A stretch of DNA of 62,311 nt, counting the filler, from Basidiobolus ranarum (Eukaryota): NCBI GenBank assembly GCA_040143965.1. It is 6 parts of 6 records of this genome, joined end to end, with 100 filler letters (N's around TTAATTAATTAA, not from the genome) between each part and the next. Parts side by side here need not be neighbours in the genome. Positions count along the whole stretch, not along the records: positions 41,630 to 51,928 come from JASJQH010007597.1; positions 52,029 to 62,311 come from JASJQH010007598.1; 4 more parts are not named here. One strand, written 5' to 3'. Numbering within the stretch: position 1 is the stretch's first letter; every line of letters begins with the position of its first letter. The notes under the pieces are model-generated. The model did not search any database and was not told the origin of the DNA. It saw nothing but the letters and a program-made list of their open reading frames with translations. Made by a program: the position numbers and the translations under genes. Positions 47,324 through 59,361 of this stretch are shown here, piece by piece.

Positions 47324-48916
47324 ATCTATGAATATCTATTAAGCACCGCGCATATACTTCTATTGTTTCGCAACACTCATTTGCTTCGTCGACCGCAAGC
47401 CATTTCCTGTTCTTTTAGTCATAACAGGCTATTCAAATTCACTCTGTATATAATCAATATTTAGCTCTTCATCAACCTGCATTTTTTATTTCCTTTAAGG
47501 CCTATCCAAGGCGTTACATTGTAGACTTACGAGTTCTCTATAACCTCAATAAATAAAGAATCTGTAAGGATTAACAAAAACACCAAGGTGTTGCGGAAAC
47601 AGCGAGATCCTCAACATGGATGTTCATTAGGAATAGTGTAATATAAAATCAGGCTTCATTAACTGTTACCTACTACTCTATTAACAATACATGAAAAAAC
47701 GTCATAAATAGAAAGTGTGACCCGATAGTACAAAGAGTGCATGCATAGATTTTTTGACACACTCACTCAAGCCAATGACCTCGAACTCTGTCTACGTTAG
47801 TATCCGCTTTAATTCTGTTAAAAAAGGCATAGCTACCACGTACAAGAATAACATTCAAATATCAACTACTTTATATGGTTGTTTTTCATCACATGCTGGT
47901 TCAATCTTGTCGTGCATTATATCTCCCAGTACAATAAAGTTCTCGTTCATTAGGCCTGACTATTTACAAAGCGTAGGCACTTTCGAATTGTGATATTATC
48001 AGGCACTTCAGGGTCATTGAGGATTTCCGGGCCCTTCCGTTGTATTTGGAAACTGTAGCCATCAGCAACAGACGAGGTAGAGATCATCACCACGCATACT
48101 CTATGCCCTGGTAAATATCGCGGATCATATCTCCTAAACTGGATACGCAGATTCTGTTGAAGAATGACAGCCCCAATGCATGAATTGCCAAAATTGCTTA
48201 AATGTTATTAAATTATAGAATTGTTCTATATCTATCAGGTGCTTCATGGAAACAAGAAATTGAAGTTTAAATCGATGGCTGCGAATTATCCGTTCAGCGG
48301 AGTATCTATGAGTCTGCTAAAGTATGCGCAGCCAATATTAACTACCTCCAAACTCTTGAATGAGAATAATGGCGCTGATTCAGTTGAGTTAGTCGATGTT
48401 CCTTGATTTATTGGACAAGAATCGCGTGGATTGATCTTTCTAAATATATAATGATCTAGATTTGTGAAAGGCGTCATAATGATTTTGGAATTGCTCTAAT
48501 AAAGTGCGACTACAAACTCAATGCACCTCAGCACCATAGTACGCATGTGCCAAGGTATGGGCATTACTTGTTGTCTTCATATGGAAATATTCCTAAGGCT
48601 GAATCAAGTTTAATTTGTGTGGAAATATTTGGGTCGCTTAATTCGGAGGGCTCAGGAGTGAAGCCAAAACAATGTACTAAAAATAGATATCTTTCGTATA
48701 TTTCAAACTTAGATATTATAGTTTGCTGGGCTTGGCAACTTTACTAAATTCGTTAGAGCATTTAAGCACATACTGGTCTTTAACACATAACCTTTATTAA
48801 AAGAGCTATTCACCCATTTCACTCATCTTAGCTTTCAACTTAGAAACGCACCTAATTATATCATATCTACATTTACACTTTCATCTTAACTTTTGTAAAT
48901 CTATTCTTTATTTTTA

Positions 48917-49852
48917 ATGGCTCCTACCTTAAAAGATTTAGAGCCAACCGCTTCTCAAACAACCACACTATGGATAATTGGTGGTTACGTTGTGGCCATT
49001 CTAATTTTATGGAACGCTCCTGTATTACGAACCATCTTATACCCATTTAAGGTTCTTAATTGATAATACTCACATTTATCTCCATCATTCCTAACTATTT
49101 CATTAGCTTGTAACGGTAGCTTTCCATGAATTTGGTCATGCTTTAGCTGGCATTTGCACTGGAGCCAAGATTATTAGTATTCAAATCGACCCTGAGGAAG
49201 GTGGTGTAACGCACATGGTAAGTAAATGTTACAAACCTTAAAGTTCGTTTATTTCGGTCTAATTTTGTTTCTTTTTCTAGCGAGGTGGAAATCAGTGTTG
49301 CACTTTACCAGCAGGTACTATAAAAAGCCCCCAATTTTTTGAACAGCTATTCTAAATCATATTATTTGTTAGGCTATTTGGGCTCATCTCTTATTGGAGC
49401 TTTGATGGTGTTTGCTGGATTCGACATAACTGCATCTAAAGTGGTGTCGGTAATTATTGGCATTTGTCTACTGGTTACTTTGTTTTGGGCAAAGAATTGG
49501 CTTACTAGAGGCATCACTTTTCTCTTCATTGGATTAATTGCTTTACTGTGGTGGTTCCAAAACGGTGCTGGTTTGAGATACTTTGTCTTATTCATGGGGT
49601 AAGTCTATTTAATTTCCTTGAAATGAACGTTATACTAAGGAACCTTCATGTCGCAGTGTTATGAGCTGTCTGTATAGTCTATGGGATATAGTAGAAGACT
49701 TGGTGCTTAGGAAAGTGAATGAGAGTGATGCTACTAGATTTGCAAAACTAAGTAAATGTTGTCCAGCACAATTATGTGGTTTTATATGGTTTCTAGTATC
49801 GGTGGTGTTTTTAGTATGTGGTATTCTAGCTGGTATTGTTACCTTTAAATGA
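48917..49852 (+). CDS. Peptidase M50B-like membrane metalloprotease, multi-exon
   Basis: ILYPFK/LVTVAFHEFGHALAG (HExxH), EGGVTHM/RGG..TLPAG/YLGSSLIG, RKVNESDA; several TM segments. Confidence 0.9.
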
Positions 49853-50379
49853 TCCCAAGTATAAATTTTGTATAACAAACCAATTTTGCAGATACTCTTG
49901 TATCTATATATGTTAGTCTTACCATGTCCCTGCACCTGATATCATTTTCATCCCTTTCTTAATCATATCTAAAGATTTCTGTATATCGTTTTTAATATAT
50001 GCTCAATAAATGCCACTTCTCCTTGAACTAATTCACTTTGTATGTTTATATTCTTTTCAACATCAAGTTGTCCATTATCGGTCTAAATCCTTATATCAGA
50101 TTTCTGGGTACTTTAAGGGGATTTTCAGCTATTATAACGGAATCACATAAGGGAGGTATAGCATCCAACATCAAGAGGAATTTGATCTTGACATATTTCA
50201 AGAATAAAACTGTATTATTGGAAAACTCGTGTTACTGAGCAGAAATTACTAACCATACGGTGTGGTATATTAACCCTGAAAATGTTAAACTTTGTGTCGG
50301 CATTCTTCATTTCTCCTTGAACTTAAAATCACCTTGGGCTCTGGTCATTACTCTTGAATTTCACCACGGCCACATTTGC

Positions 50380-51040
50380 TTGAAACTTCACTAATTGATG
50401 ATCAAAACCCAACTCTAAAATTTCCAACAATACATACAGAGTTGGTACAAATAATGCTTGAAAGTGTTGAAGTATTTTGGGAGTTGGAAGTGGCTTGAAG
50501 AACTAGAAAGAATTGATGATTTTAACTTTTTGATTTATTGAGTTGACATTTTTAGTTGGGTAAACAGACAAACGTATAGAATGTGTTAAGGAAGCATGTA
50601 TGCAAAGTTTGGGGCCTCTAGGACAAATTTTCAAAACGTTCTAAGTAAATTTGGATTTCGAATAGTAGGAGATATCTTAGTTCAATATGGAATAACTAAA
50701 TACTAAATTATGTATGACTATATAGATGTTTAAGCTATGCTGATTTCAACAGAAAGATGATCTGAATATGTGGGAAGAGGTGTTTTGGACAATTGAAGAA
50801 ACACACAATTTTCATGAGGTGCTTAAATATAAAATAAAATTTATGGACACTATAATTGAAGGATAGTATATATATATGTGTATTATTATAGTGGTCAGAA
50901 GATATGAGAGTATTGGACAGGTCCGTAAGTTTTCTTGTCAAAATGCGTTTAAGGTCATGAATAGAAATTCTAATTTCAACCTCTACACTGGTGGAGGAAA
51001 ATGACTATATAGGTGTTTAGGCAATGCTAATTTCAACAGA
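50380..51040. mobile_element. Second, rearranged copy of the 1690-2600 repeat family
   Basis: ~50580-50750 and ~51001-51038 are reverse complements of blocks in 2199-2395; ~50465-50525 matches ~1918-1998 directly. Confidence 0.6.
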
Positions 51041-51928
51041 TATAATTTATTAGTAGGTGCTCACCTCTCATCAGGTTACATGCTAGCTAACATCTGAAAT
51101 CATATTTATGTCTGCCTTGACATTATATCTTCACTAACTGCAAGCATATTGAAGCTCCAAAAATGTGTCACGTGTATTTAATTATTAATATTTCATAATA
51201 ACATATATGCCCAGTAACGTTGAAAAGTACGGGATCATTACTTGAGCATTGGCCATTTGACCAGCTGAGGTACATCTAACGGCTATTCTACTTGTTATAT
51301 TTCACTAAGATGATTAATTGGTTAGATATTGTCATCAAATTTCGTTTGATTATACTATAATCGATCAACTTACGATCAAACATTATAAATAGATTATGAG
51401 GGATAAAGGCCCAAACGGAAGTATCTTGGCGAGCATACGATCCATATATAGCTTAGAACTATGTACCATGCCCTCCAGTTGAAACCGCCAGAGGATCGGG
51501 GTCCTTTCCAATAGAATGATAGAATGCATCTCAAATGCCCAGGCGAGTAGTACAACGTCCAAAATTTAAACGATAAACCTGCCAACTCTGTGAAAATCAC
51601 TCTTTCCAGACCATATCAAATTTTAGGCAACAATAACCTTTAATCGCAGATTTATCGTTATAACTTATGTATGGAGTAATCAGAGCAAAGTCAAAGATAG
51701 ATCACTATGCAGTGGGGATAAATGGAAATGAGTACCTTGATCAAAAATGGGGCTAATTTACATTAGGTGATATACGTATATATATAGATATGTTGAGAAA
51801 GGAAATGAAAGGAGAAGAGCCTTTCCATGATTTCAAAAATGAGGGATGTTTATACTTTCTTGTGACAGTGATGACTGTCGAAGGTTAGTTTCCAGCTATG
51901 TTTATAAATGTTTAAAAAGAGTGGCGCG

Positions 51929-52028
51929 NNNNNNNNNNNNNNNNNNNNNNNNNNNNNNNNNNNNNNNNNNNNTTAATTAATTAANNNNNNNNNNNNNNNN
52001 NNNNNNNNNNNNNNNNNNNNNNNNNNNN
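51929..52028. other. Artificial contig linker
   Basis: N44-TTAATTAATTAA-N44. Confidence 0.98.
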
Positions 52029-53058
52029 TGCTAATTGATTTAAAGGTTTAGGTCAAATTCCAAATGAAGTATGCATCTCTGGACATCCACTGCGACCTAA
52101 TTGTGCTTTGTAATCCACTCATGGACTCCGGTCTAGACCATTGCTTCTAAGAACCCTACGTATCAACAGTAGGGCTTGGTGGAGAGTTTGGGTATTCAAT
52201 GCAAGTTACTGCTAATGCTTGATTTTTGTAAGTAGGAATGTATGTTGATCACGACCTTTCAAGCGTTCTACTTGATGGTCTCGAACGAGTCACCTTCGAT
52301 GCGTAAAAAGTACTTTGTGTGAGTTTAGTGTCTATCAATTAGAGGAGTCTATTTAGCGTTTTTTATCCCAAAACGATGGTCAGTTAGAGCAGCTTACACT
52401 TGGCTACCTCTCTGCTAGGATTCAGATAGCCATGCCTATAATCGCGTGGACTTCCAGAGGATGGATTGCTACTGGTCTCCTTGAATTCGTTGCACTCAAT
52501 TAGGGTTAGCCACGAGAGCTGTACAAAAGTAACGATAGCTACGCAAAATGTTGGCCATATCAATATGTCAAGATACCCGTACTTTCTTGGATAATTTCGG
52601 ATGGCAGTGTAACTACGATCAATATATTTGTCTATAATCCCACTGGTAGCTCTCTATCCGAATGCGTTAAGATAACAAACTCAGATTATATTAGTCGCTG
52701 CAATCCTGAGCTGGTATTGGTCTAGCATCGAGACCAATGATGCCTATGTACTCGGACAACAGGACTCTCGGTTGTTTTACAAAAGGTAAGAACGTTCCTA
52801 CAAATTACCATGTTACATCAAAGCTCGTCCAATAGAAATGACTTGGAGCATTTAATTTGGGAGAACAATTCATAGATACTCTGATAAGGTTTATCATTTT
52901 TGCTGTTACAAAACTAGTCATCATTGGGTTTTCCCTGACCGGTTAGATTTTCGATATTTAATTTAAGAGCTTTTTTAGAGCATAAAATTTTTAGATAGTC
53001 CATTTCTTATAAAAGAGGACAAACTTCGACTCGACCTTATCAAACTCATTTATGCTCA

Positions 53059-53817
53059 ATGAATTCGCATCTCTTGAACGACACTACAAGTATGCCTGAT
53101 TTAATGTGGGACATCCTCTTTTCAATGCCCACTCACCACGAAGACGACAAATTGAGTAGCCTGTTAGGTTGCGTTCAAACTCCTTTAGATATACAGCCCT
53201 CCTGGCTTAACCCACATTTCAATCCATTTGTTGATCAATCAGAAAGCAGCGGGCTATTTTCTCTACCAGAGTATTCTCATCAGAGCGAATTCAACGGCAT
53301 GTCATTTGGCCCGGATAATTCCTGCGAGATGTTTGCCTCCTCGAGTTCCTCCCCCGTTCAAGCTCAACAGTTTGAGTTTATCAATTGGAATTCTGAATCT
53401 ACTGATCATCCGCTCAATAAGAAGCGTTGCCGTGGCAAGAAAAGAGTGTCAAAGGAGATTCTGATGTTTTATGATGAGATTCAGTATCCATCACCCCCAT
53501 TCACTCCACATTCGGAGCCAGAATACACCGAATGCAAAGAGACCACGAATAAGCGTAGTCTTCCCACCGAGAAAGAGGCCGGGGACAACAAGAAATCCGA
53601 GAAATCCAAAGAACGTGTCTTTTCATGCGACCATTGTCAGCGGGTGTTCGCACGCAAATATGATCTTGAGCGACATCAAAGACTTCACACTGGATACAAG
53701 CCCTATAAGTGTGTTCGTTGCCATAAAGGTTTCACCCGAGTGGATGCCCGTCAACGTCATTACCGAAGCCGGGATTGTCAAAATTCCATCATCATTGTGC
53801 CTTCACCCCTGTCCTAA
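53059..53817 (+). CDS. C2H2 zinc-finger transcription factor, 252 aa, intronless
   Basis: FSCDHCQRVFARKYDLERHQRLH-TGYKP-YKCVRCHKGFTRVDARQRHYRSRDC (C2H2 plus a C2HC-type second finger); TATAAAA at ~53008. Confidence 0.92.
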   Translation: MNSHLLNDTTSMPDLMWDILFSMPTHHEDDKLSSLLGCVQTPLDIQPSWLNPHFNPFVDQSESSGLFSLPEYSHQSEFNGMSFGPDNSCEMFASSSSSPVQAQQFEFINWNSESTDHPLNKKRCRGKKRVSKEILMFYDEIQYPSPPFTPHSEPEYTECKETTNKRSLPTEKEAGDNKKSEKSKERVFSCDHCQRVFARKYDLERHQRLHTGYKPYKCVRCHKGFTRVDARQRHYRSRDCQNSIIIVPSPLS

Positions 53818-56217
53818 GATTATCATCACCACCTTCCATGTATATTTTGGATAACACATACCACGCCTAGGTGCTTCATCTCTCCTTTACCAGACGATAT
53901 CTGCTAATGATAGATGTCTTCTGGAAAGGACCATTTTTGTACATTATTTTCGACAATTTTCAAGAACACTCCTTTCCCATCCACTGTATGATTATTCTCC
54001 AATGAATCAAATAAATTCACGAACTTTAAAAATTAGCAAGGTATCTAGTTTTCAGCCCCCTGAACCGGTCTTTGAAACTGGTTACTCTCCACTCCAAGCC
54101 TACGTAATTCCGGGCAAATGAATACGTTAGATAGATCGTGACCCACAGTGGGACACTCATTTGAAACACAAGCGAGTGGCTTCAAGTCATGGTGTAACTT
54201 TTAATTACCGATATCCCGATCATACTAATCGTATACAATCCCGTGCTGAGGTGGATTTGACCGTTACACCAGCCATGTTGGGTGTCACTATTTGCATCAG
54301 AGTGTGTGGTCGAAGCGCTGGTAAGACACCGGGCATGCACCTGATCATCCATCTTTGATGTTAGACAACGTTCCTAAGGTTTCACTACGGTGTTAGCAAT
54401 CTCTCGCTTTCGGTGAGCTGAATATTTGTTGAGGTTACGTAACATCCAACCAGTTTCCATATGTCGAAAAGGGCAGGCTGCATTCCAACACGGTAGCCAT
54501 TCAGTGATTGACATTAACCGCGATCACACTTGTCGATGGGCCGATCGATGGATGAGTGAAGTATGACAGGATGTGGTAAGCATTAATGAAAAGAAGTCAT
54601 GATGAGACAATACACATATATCGCCATACCCTGGCAGCCCCAACACCTAGACACTTATCGGCACAGCATGGTGTCGTGCTAGGTACTGTTCCTCAAGATC
54701 CGCATTTTAGATATTCCAGCTTTCACCATTGCCCCAGTTGTTACGAAAGATTGCCAAAGATAGTGATTGGGGGCAACGATGATTCACACTGGCAATTTGA
54801 ATTGAAAGTCTCAGGCCATATATGGAAGGCGGTGTAATTGTTTATCAGTGCCATAAAAGTGAATAAAAAGTGCCACCAAAGATGATCTGGGTTTGGCAGT
54901 GGCTGGCCATTGGGTGGGTTGGATGCACCAACACTGTACCACTGTTGGTCCTAAGTGATGTTATTTCATGTGTGTTAGCCAATATTTTGGAATAGTCCTT
55001 TTGACATCACCGTAGTCGTCACGCGTAGTTTATCCAAGAAGGAGTTTCAACTTCGGTCTGATGTGAAGCACCTATGTGAATTCTCTGGGTTGATTTACAT
55101 TGTCCCACCAAGCGGTTCACGTAGCGGCCCAGTCACAAACGACATCTACGCGGGGTTATACAGTGTGTAATAGGTTGTCATGGAAGGACAGATTTCAAGC
55201 CAAGCGATTGCATATCAGTACAAAATTGGATGGTTAGAGAATGTAGTCACTTGCATGGATATCTAGTTTGAAACGCAGATCTTTAGAATATATCTGCTTC
55301 GGCTAATGAACAGTACTAGTCTGGTAGTGAAATTTTCGACGGCAGCTAGTGTATAACGCGAAACAGAAATCGAGTAGACTACTGTCCGCTTCTTGCGAGG
55401 GTGAAGATTGCTGTGTTTAGGCTGCACTCCTGGATAAAAGCGTCAGTGGATGAATCATAATAGTCAGATTTGGTCAACATTAGGATAAAATAATAATATA
55501 TGCTCATTTACTTACAAATCTGGTCTTTTGAAATCGAGCGATTGAGTTACAAAAGTGTCTTATTGGCGGCAGATGACTATCTACAAATTTATATAGTAAG
55601 TGGATATCTGAATGCGATATTCGCATAATGTAATAGCGAAGGTTGAGGCTAGGTTCAGTATATTCAATATCAATGGCTAGGTCGTCGCCGTTTGAAAATA
55701 AGAGTCTGCTCTAGAGATTAAAAGAGTCACCCATGCATAAATGTTCATATCCAATTTCTTGGAAAGCCAGTATTATTTTTATCAGCCATGCGACTAGAAT
55801 AGACACTTAATAATCTCCAAATCGTGGAAAAATCCAATAAATTGACTTCGTGACGGAGCGCGTAAAGCACGTTAAAGAACATAGATACATTCTTATCCAT
55901 AAGCCGTAGTCTTAACCAATATTGTATTCATCAAAGAGTCAGTAGCTATGGTCCTCTTTCTTTGTATTGAACTCTGTGCTAAAGGGGTTGACTTTTATTC
56001 GAAAGGCTGGTTTAAGTATTGTAATAGAGCTTTAAAATTGCGCAACCAAAAGCCATTGCATGATTGCTCATTCCTATTGAGTCATCATTACTTTATTAGC
56101 TAATAGCCCGTATTCGTTCTACTTGGGGCTATTTTGTATACTGAGTAGCGCGAAGACTAGAGTGATGAGTGCTTTCGTGAATATTTTGGGGTCGCAAAGA
56201 TATCGATAGATTGACAG

Positions 56218-58351
56218 TTACTGGAGTTCGAGAAATCCATCTTTGGTAGTAGCTACCTTCTTCACAATAGTACTAAGAAGCTGCTTATTACGTGGATTTG
56301 CCTTTAGTTTCTTTTTGATTTTTGCAATCAGATCTTTGGTAGTGAGACGATTGTTTTTTATTAGATCCACAATTTCATTTTCTGTAATCAAGTTGGCATC
56401 TAAAACAGATAATGGTTAGCACAAACGTTGACGTGTTGGTATGCGAGAGAATATCACCTGATACGGTGGAAGGCTTCACTATAGATGCGGAGGTAATTCT
56501 CTGCTAAACAATAAATAGATTAACAAAGGTGTGCTTTGGAGTAAATGCTCCAAAATACCTTCTTGATAGAATCACTCGTGATAACTTCGAGTTTACGTTT
56601 TTTATCTGTATTGGTAGCACCAGAAAGACGTGCAGCAGGTGCTGTTTTAGAAATGGGCTTAATAGGCTTCGGGTTAAAAAGCTCAGATTTGGCGATTTGT
56701 CCTGGTTTAATAACCCTCAGGCTTTCGATGGTTTCATACTTTTTTTTATCTTCCCCAGTCTCCTTGTCCTCTTCTCCCTTTCCTTCTACTTCTTCCTCCT
56801 TTTTAAATATATATAAAGGTTGGTTCGTTGAAAATAGAGAATAATGTAAGGATAGAACAAACGCTAAGATAGGGATTTCCATCATCATCAGAAGCATATG
56901 CAGCATTCTTTTCGAGAGTCAAAAGTGCTTTTTTCATCTCCTAAACACGGTCAACATTAGCTGCAACCTATGTTGGATTATAAAATGCGATCGTGTTACT
57001 TTTCCAGTAGCGGTCAGCTCGTCTTCTTTGTTTCTGTCTCTCTCTTCTTCGTCGTCACTGGCTACCGTCTGATTGGGTTTAATTCTGCTCTGCTAGCGAC
57101 AATATATGGTATTTTGAATATTATTCTCCGGCCTTGGAAACTATAAATCTTTACCCTGTCTTTAATTTCGTCTTGGCCAGCTTCTAGTTCAGGTAGAGTC
57201 TCTTCATCATCCTCGAATACTTCGTCAAAGTCAACCTCTTCAATATCTCCATGCTTCAACAAAGAAATGTACTGAATTTAGGAGAGCACGATGAAGTTTC
57301 GAAGAAGTAATCTACAAGTTTAGTACCTTGCTTACGATACTCCGTTTTTTCTTATTAGTAGAAATAGTATCATCATCGGCATATCTAGAACAAGTAAAAT
57401 CCACTTGAGATCCTTTGGTCCACCATTGTTAACAATAATCCATACTTACTGTAGATCATCATGGTCTACAACTTTAAGTCTTCGTGGTACACAACGTTCT
57501 TCACCTGTTTCATCACCCTCTATTTTATTTGCTAGCCGTTTGCGCATCATCCAACGGTCACTATCCTTTTTTTGTGCTTTGATCAGCTATGATCATATAA
57601 AGCTATTAATGTTGGAAATTTAATCCCTGCGAAAATATAACCAGCCTTTTACCTGCTCTTCAGCCTCCTCTATCGTTAAAGTGGCGTAAGATAATTTTTG
57701 TTGAAATCTATACCATCTATGAACGGGAACCACTTTGAAACCATCCTCCTACTCAATTTAAAAACCCCCAAAACCCAGCCGAGGAGATTAATTTCAAAGA
57801 GTAAGTTACTATTGCACATATTCTTTACAAACTTACATGACTTGTTGGGGTCTTTTTTTTACATTTTTAGAATAGCCCAAATAATCAAGACTTACCGAGA
57901 ATACAAATAGAAAGTAATTGGATTGTTGACCGCCCTCTAAATTGCCACTCCAATAATTTGTACCATCATAATCTTCGAGTATCCAAGGATTGGTCTCTTG
58001 TTCCTTGAGTTTTCTACTACTTTCATCGGTTGGAAATACCTGTTTGGTTCTTTTTTTATAAATATTTTGTTTATTACGTGAAGCCCCACCATAGGGTGCG
58101 ATGATAGTGGGGTCAGCACCGGAGGTTGAACCCGATATAGTTGTTTCGGAGGTAACTTTAGCTGTATTTAGTTCTTGTAATAATTGGGACCTTTTTAGAT
58201 TTCTTTCTTTACGTTGTAACTTGACAGGGTTAGTAAAGTGACTTGGTTCAACTGGTTTTGAGTTTTGAAACTTGAGCATATTATGTAAACTCTTATGTGA
58301 ACCAGATATTAACCGATAATCGGTAAAACTGTTTGGTTGTATATCGTTCAT
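56218..58351 (-). CDS. TFG1: TFIIF large subunit (Tfg1/RAP74), multi-exon
   Basis: IAPYGGA..KKRTKQV; PWILEDYDG.N.WSGNLEGGQ; FKVVPVHRWYRFQ..TLTIEEAEEQ; acidic DFDEVFEDDEE; C-terminal ITENEIVDLIK..TTKDLI. Confidence 0.9.
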
Positions 58352-59361
58352 GGAATACTTTGTGACCTCTTGGTTTTGCTTTCTTTAGAATAGAAAAGGT
58401 GGAAGTGAAGAGAAGAGAAGAGAAGAGTTGAAAATCTTTTGAATTATATTACTTATATATATATAGATTCATATATACATACATACCTACTTGAATCGTG
58501 TGATATCACAAGTATTCGGATTGGAGATGTTTTATCTGCTTGAAAATTCATTCCCATATTCGAGTAATATATATATATATATTCTATACGAAGTACCTCG
58601 GAATACATCAAGTGAATGAATTTCTTTATCATAATCTAATATAATGCTAAGTACATCCTGATAGTATTCAAATTCTCGCTAACTCCAGTACAATCTTCAA
58701 CCACCATAAATCGCTTCTATGTTACTCAACCATGAAAATCCTTGGATTGTCAATAGAATTTCAATTTTGGGTTCTCGTTAGATGACTTTACCCAACCTAA
58801 ACAATACTCTATTATATATACATATACATGTAAATCTCGCCTATTTGAAGATTAACTATCCTATTATTTTTATTATACGATTAAAGAAAAAGACGAAACA
58901 CGTAACATGAAGAAATAAATGCTGATATTTACTAGGGATATTGGTGCGAGCGTATCCCTGAAAAAGTAAACCAAGTCAAAACGAACATAGAAAAGCAGTG
59001 ATATGTGGAGGAACGTAAAATACAGCTCTACAATCTCCATATGGAAACAACTACAACTAGCTTATAAAATGACTGCTAATAATAAGACGTGAATAAGTTC
59101 GTGTCTGCTACGTTGGAAATGAAACTGTGAATTCCACTTTCTGGTCAAAGTAGATTCACAATCGTATAACTAGAAGGTACATTCGTTCATACCACACTGA
59201 TTTGTAATAAAATAAAATAAACCTAATTTGGGTTAGGTTAGGTTGGGTTGTTGGAGTAATCCTCTGAATTAGAACTTTCGTATAAGTGGAAGTTATGAAT
59301 ACTCAAATCCGTCTACAAGCAATGAATACATCACGTGGATTTTGGGATCTTCATGAAAGTC

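Noticed and set aside
53900-56200. 2.3-kb CpG-retaining gap between convergent genes
   Set aside because: No credible ORF, splice pattern or RNA motif found by eye
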